Assembly (NCBI RefSeq): GCF_058153355.1
Contig: NZ_CM177019.1
Reading direction: 5' to 3' (one strand)
Length of the DNA stretch: 64,000 bases
The notes under the pieces are model-generated. The model saw only the letters and a program-made list of their open reading frames with translations, made no database searches and was not told the DNA's origin. How positions within the stretch are numbered: the stretch's first letter is position 1; every line of letters starts with the position of its first letter. Below are positions 60,977 through 64,000 of this stretch, piece by piece. The position numbers and the translations under genes were made by a program.

Positions 60977-61679
60977 TCTGCGTCTCCGGCGTCAGCGTCT
61001 CTTGCAGCGCGGTCATGCATTGTTCAAGGCGATGCTCGCAGCCGATATCCAGTTCTGATTTATCGGTGATCACCCGGCATTCCCCCGGCGGCAAATCCGG
61101 CGAAGGCGTCAGCCCCCATTCGCTGACCTTTTCCGGCACCGCGTCGCGCAGGCGGTTAAACTCTTCCGTGCTCAACATCACTTGCAGGGTTTCCGGCATC
61201 GCCGGGAAGGCCGCCAGCGCCTCTTCCACCAGCGCCAGTAACTGCGTCGGTTGCAGCGCCAGTTCGCAGCGAATCACCTGGCGGGTGACTTTTTCCACCA
61301 GTTGCAGCAAATCTTCCCGCTGTTTACGTTCGATATGGGCGAGGAAGTCGTTCACTTTACCGCTGATGGCTTCCAGCGGCTGCGCCGCCTCAATAAATTT
61401 CTTGCGCCCTTCCTGCTGCCCGGCGAGGCTGCCTTCGGTGTAGCCCTGACGTTGCCCCTCGGCAAAACCTTGCTGATGACCTTCGCTAAAGCCCTGCTCC
61501 TGCCCCTCGGTCATGCCCTGAGCAAACCCTTTTTGCAGCCCTTCCTGAAAACCGTCCATCAACTGGCGCTGGTAATCGGCGGCGCTAATGCTGGCAGTGA
61601 GCGGTTCTCCGGTCACCGCACGCTGGCGCGGCGGGAAACGGTGCAGGCGATAGCGCCCGCGCAGTGTTTCAATGGTCAT
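60969..61679 (-). CDS. lfiH: FliH-like flagellar assembly protein
   Basis: 236 aa, between fliG and fliI. Confidence 0.75.
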   Translation of the reverse strand: MTIETLRGRYRLHRFPPRQRAVTGEPLTASISAADYQRQLMDGFQEGLQKGFAQGMTEGQEQGFSEGHQQGFAEGQRQGYTEGSLAGQQEGRKKFIEAAQPLEAISGKVNDFLAHIERKQREDLLQLVEKVTRQVIRCELALQPTQLLALVEEALAAFPAMPETLQVMLSTEEFNRLRDAVPEKVSEWGLTPSPDLPPGECRVITDKSELDIGCEHRLEQCMTALQETLTPETQSE

Positions 61680-61682
61680 GGG

Positions 61683-62693
61683 TTACTCCGCCGTCTGTTC
61701 CGCAAAGAGCTGTAGCTGAAGTTCGCCCGCCTCTTCCAGTTCACGGGCGATACCCATGATTTCGCGGCGGATCTGTTCGATACGGCTGACCGGCACCGGC
61801 CCCAGACGCGCAGTGATCGCTTCCAGTTGCTGCACCTGACGTTTTGGCATCACCGCGTAAATGGAGCGACGTAACAGAGCTTCGGTGCCTTTCAGCGCCA
61901 CCGCCCAGTCTTCCATCGGCACTTCGTCGAGCAGGCGTCGGCGCACCTCTTCGTTCTGGCGACTGAGGATAAAGAAGTCGTACATCTCATCCTGCAACTG
62001 CTCCAGTACGTCTTCGTCGCGCTCGCGCATCTGGTCGAGGATCACCTGCTGGTTGCCCTGGAAGCGGTTGACAATATCCGCCGCCTGTTTGATGCCTTTC
62101 ACCTTCGAGCCGTGCTCTGAAAGCACCGACAGGCCACGTTCGATCAGACGATCCAGTTCATCCACCACGTCGCGGTTGACGTCGTTGAGTTTCGCTACCC
62201 GGTAAAGAATTTCGTTTTGCACCGATTCGTTGAGATAAGAGAGCACCGCTGCCGAGATTTCCGGCGTCAGAAACGCGAGGAATACCGCCTGCAATTGCAG
62301 ATGCTCTTCGGAGATCAGCATCGCCAGCTGGCGCGGTTCCACCCATTGCAGGCGCGCCATCCGCGAGCGGATCTCATCGCCGTAGATGCCGTTGATCACG
62401 CTGCTGGCGATCTCGGTGCCCAACGCCTTGTTAAGAATGCCCTGCAACATGGATCGCGATGCACCGTTGATCCCGCTCTGTTCGCGGAATTCATCAAAGA
62501 AGTTATTGATCACCTTGCGCGCCATGCTGGTTTTGACGCCGGAAAGCCGCGCCATGTTTTCGCTCAGGCGCACTACTTCTTCGCGGCTGAGTTTTTGCAT
62601 CACCGTTGCCGCCGCTTCTTCGCCCAGACACAGCAGCAGGATCGCCGCCTGTTCCAGGTAGCTGTTGCTCTTATTTATTGTCAATTCGCTCAT
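61683..62693 (-). CDS. lfiG: Flagellar motor switch protein FliG
   Basis: Start moved to MSELTINKSNSYLEQAAILLL; FliG middle and C-terminal domains. Confidence 0.85.
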   Translation of the reverse strand: MSELTINKSNSYLEQAAILLLCLGEEAAATVMQKLSREEVVRLSENMARLSGVKTSMARKVINNFFDEFREQSGINGASRSMLQGILNKALGTEIASSVINGIYGDEIRSRMARLQWVEPRQLAMLISEEHLQLQAVFLAFLTPEISAAVLSYLNESVQNEILYRVAKLNDVNRDVVDELDRLIERGLSVLSEHGSKVKGIKQAADIVNRFQGNQQVILDQMRERDEDVLEQLQDEMYDFFILSRQNEEVRRRLLDEVPMEDWAVALKGTEALLRRSIYAVMPKRQVQQLEAITARLGPVPVSRIEQIRREIMGIARELEEAGELQLQLFAEQTAE

Positions 62694-64000
62694 TGCTGGT
62701 AATCCATTGTCTGAGAACTTCGGCAACGCGATCGGTATCGCTCATGGCCAATTTTTGCAGGAACTCGAGTTTCACTTCGAGGCCAGAACTCTGGGACGGC
62801 AGGCTGTCATCGCCAGGCAGCGACGGCAGGTCGACATTTTTACGCTCCTCTTCCGGCACGGCGATCCACGGTTCGCTGATGGCTTCCGGTTCTGGTGTGA
62901 TAACCGGCGCACGTACCGCCGTCAGCCGTTTCATCAGCGGGCGCACCACAAAGAACAGCAGCAACAGCGCCAGCAGGCCGCAGCCAATCAGCCGCACCCA
63001 CGCCAGTACACTGTCATCTTTCCACAGTGGAATAACCGGTTCGACAGGCACCGCCTGCGGCACAAAGTTGAGCAGTGATAAGGTGAGATTGTCACCACGC
63101 TGGGCGTCGATTCCGGCGGCATTGTTCAGCAACGCGGTCAGTTGCGTGGTTTGCTCCGGCTTCCAGTTTTTCAGCGCCGGGGCGTTTTGATTGAGCACCA
63201 CCGCCACGTTGAGGCGTTTCACCGCAAAGCCGGGATGCTGAATATGCTGGACGCTGCGGTCGTAAGAGTAGTCGCGCTTACTTTCGCTGTGTTTGGAAAG
63301 CGCTTCCGGCGAGCGGTTTTCTTCCGCACCGTTGGTCATCTGATTCGCTGCAATCGGCGGACGGTTACTGAGTGAACCGGGCACGCCCATCGCCACCTGA
63401 TTGGTGTCGCTGTCCAGCACGCTCTCTTCGCGGTTGATTTTCGGCGCGTCGCCGTAGTGTTCCTGAGTTTCGTCGATGGTGCTGAGGTCGAGATCCGGCA
63501 TCACACTGACGCGGTAATTCCCCATGCCAACCAGCGAATCCAGCACGTTCGCCACGCTGGCACGGGTTTTGTCCTGAATATCTTTGAGGATCTGATCGCG
63601 TTTACGGGTCGCGGCAGAAACCGCCTCGCCGGCGCCAATGCCGTCGGTCAGCAGATTTCCCGCCTGATCGACCACGCTGACTTTACTGGCTTGCAGCCCC
63701 GGAATACTGCCGGACACCAGATGCACAATGGCGTTCACCTGGTCCATATTCAGCTTCGCGCCGTAATGCAAGCGCACCACCACCGAGGCACTGTTTTGCG
63801 GCTCATCGCTGACCACAAACGAGCTTTCTTCGTTGATCGCCAGATGCACCCGCGCGCTCTCCACCGCGTCCAGCGACATGATGCTCTGCGCCAGCTCCCC
63901 TTCGAGACTGCGTTTATAGCGCACGTTCTGCACGAACTGACTGCTGCCGAGCACTTCGTCTTTGTCCATCAGCTCGTAGCCGCTGGGCAATATCGCCTGC
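62671..64000 (-). CDS. lfiF: Flagellar MS-ring protein FliF, partial (N-terminus beyond window end)
   Basis: C-terminal about 440 aa of FliF-like protein; ORF open to window edge. Confidence 0.85.
   Translation of the reverse strand, partial: QAILPSGYELMDKDEVLGSSQFVQNVRYKRSLEGELAQSIMSLDAVESARVHLAINEESSFVVSDEPQNSASVVVRLHYGAKLNMDQVNAIVHLVSGSIPGLQASKVSVVDQAGNLLTDGIGAGEAVSAATRKRDQILKDIQDKTRASVANVLDSLVGMGNYRVSVMPDLDLSTIDETQEHYGDAPKINREESVLDSDTNQVAMGVPGSLSNRPPIAANQMTNGAEENRSPEALSKHSESKRDYSYDRSVQHIQHPGFAVKRLNVAVVLNQNAPALKNWKPEQTTQLTALLNNAAGIDAQRGDNLTLSLLNFVPQAVPVEPVIPLWKDDSVLAWVRLIGCGLLALLLLFFVVRPLMKRLTAVRAPVITPEPEAISEPWIAVPEEERKNVDLPSLPGDDSLPSQSSGLEVKLEFLQKLAMSDTDRVAEVLRQWITSNERIDNK

Overview
Escherichia-type chromosomal window (synteny and near-identical proteins to E. 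coli yagU, paoABCD, thrW, proBA, phoE, crl, frsA, gpt, pepD, prfH, yafP, dinB). Three blocks: (1) 0-5.3 kb, paoABCD periplasmic aldehyde oxidoreductase operon and a partial yagU; (2) about 5.4-22.7 kb, a variable region ending at tRNA-Thr (thrW) with a frameshifted P4-type integrase, carrying redox/detox cargo (OYE flavin reductase, SDR, two aldo-keto reductases, three Cys-type dienelactone-hydrolase paralogs, three LysR and one MarA/SoxS-like regulator); (3) from 35 kb to the window end, a Flag-2 (lateral flagellar) locus running lafU to lfiF. The most notable content is two identical IS621-like IS110-family elements, each with an upstream bridge-RNA region, inserted in REP sequences with junctions matching the expected CT core. 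They sit in inverted orientation around lafA-lafZ-lafW-lfgL-lfgK. The locus lacks the hook/rod/ring genes lfgE-lfgJ between lfgD and lfgK, where one IS copy lies, so this Flag-2 system is probably non-functional. The Flag-2 variable region holds a three-domain glycosyltransferase (GT2 + GT25-like + TagF-like) next to a TagD-like cytidylyltransferase, plus a strongly AT-rich orphan gene pair of unknown function. All gene calls rest on reading the supplied ORF translations and sequence; no database search was run. Many starts were moved from the ORF-track start to an internal ATG with a Shine-Dalgarno sequence.
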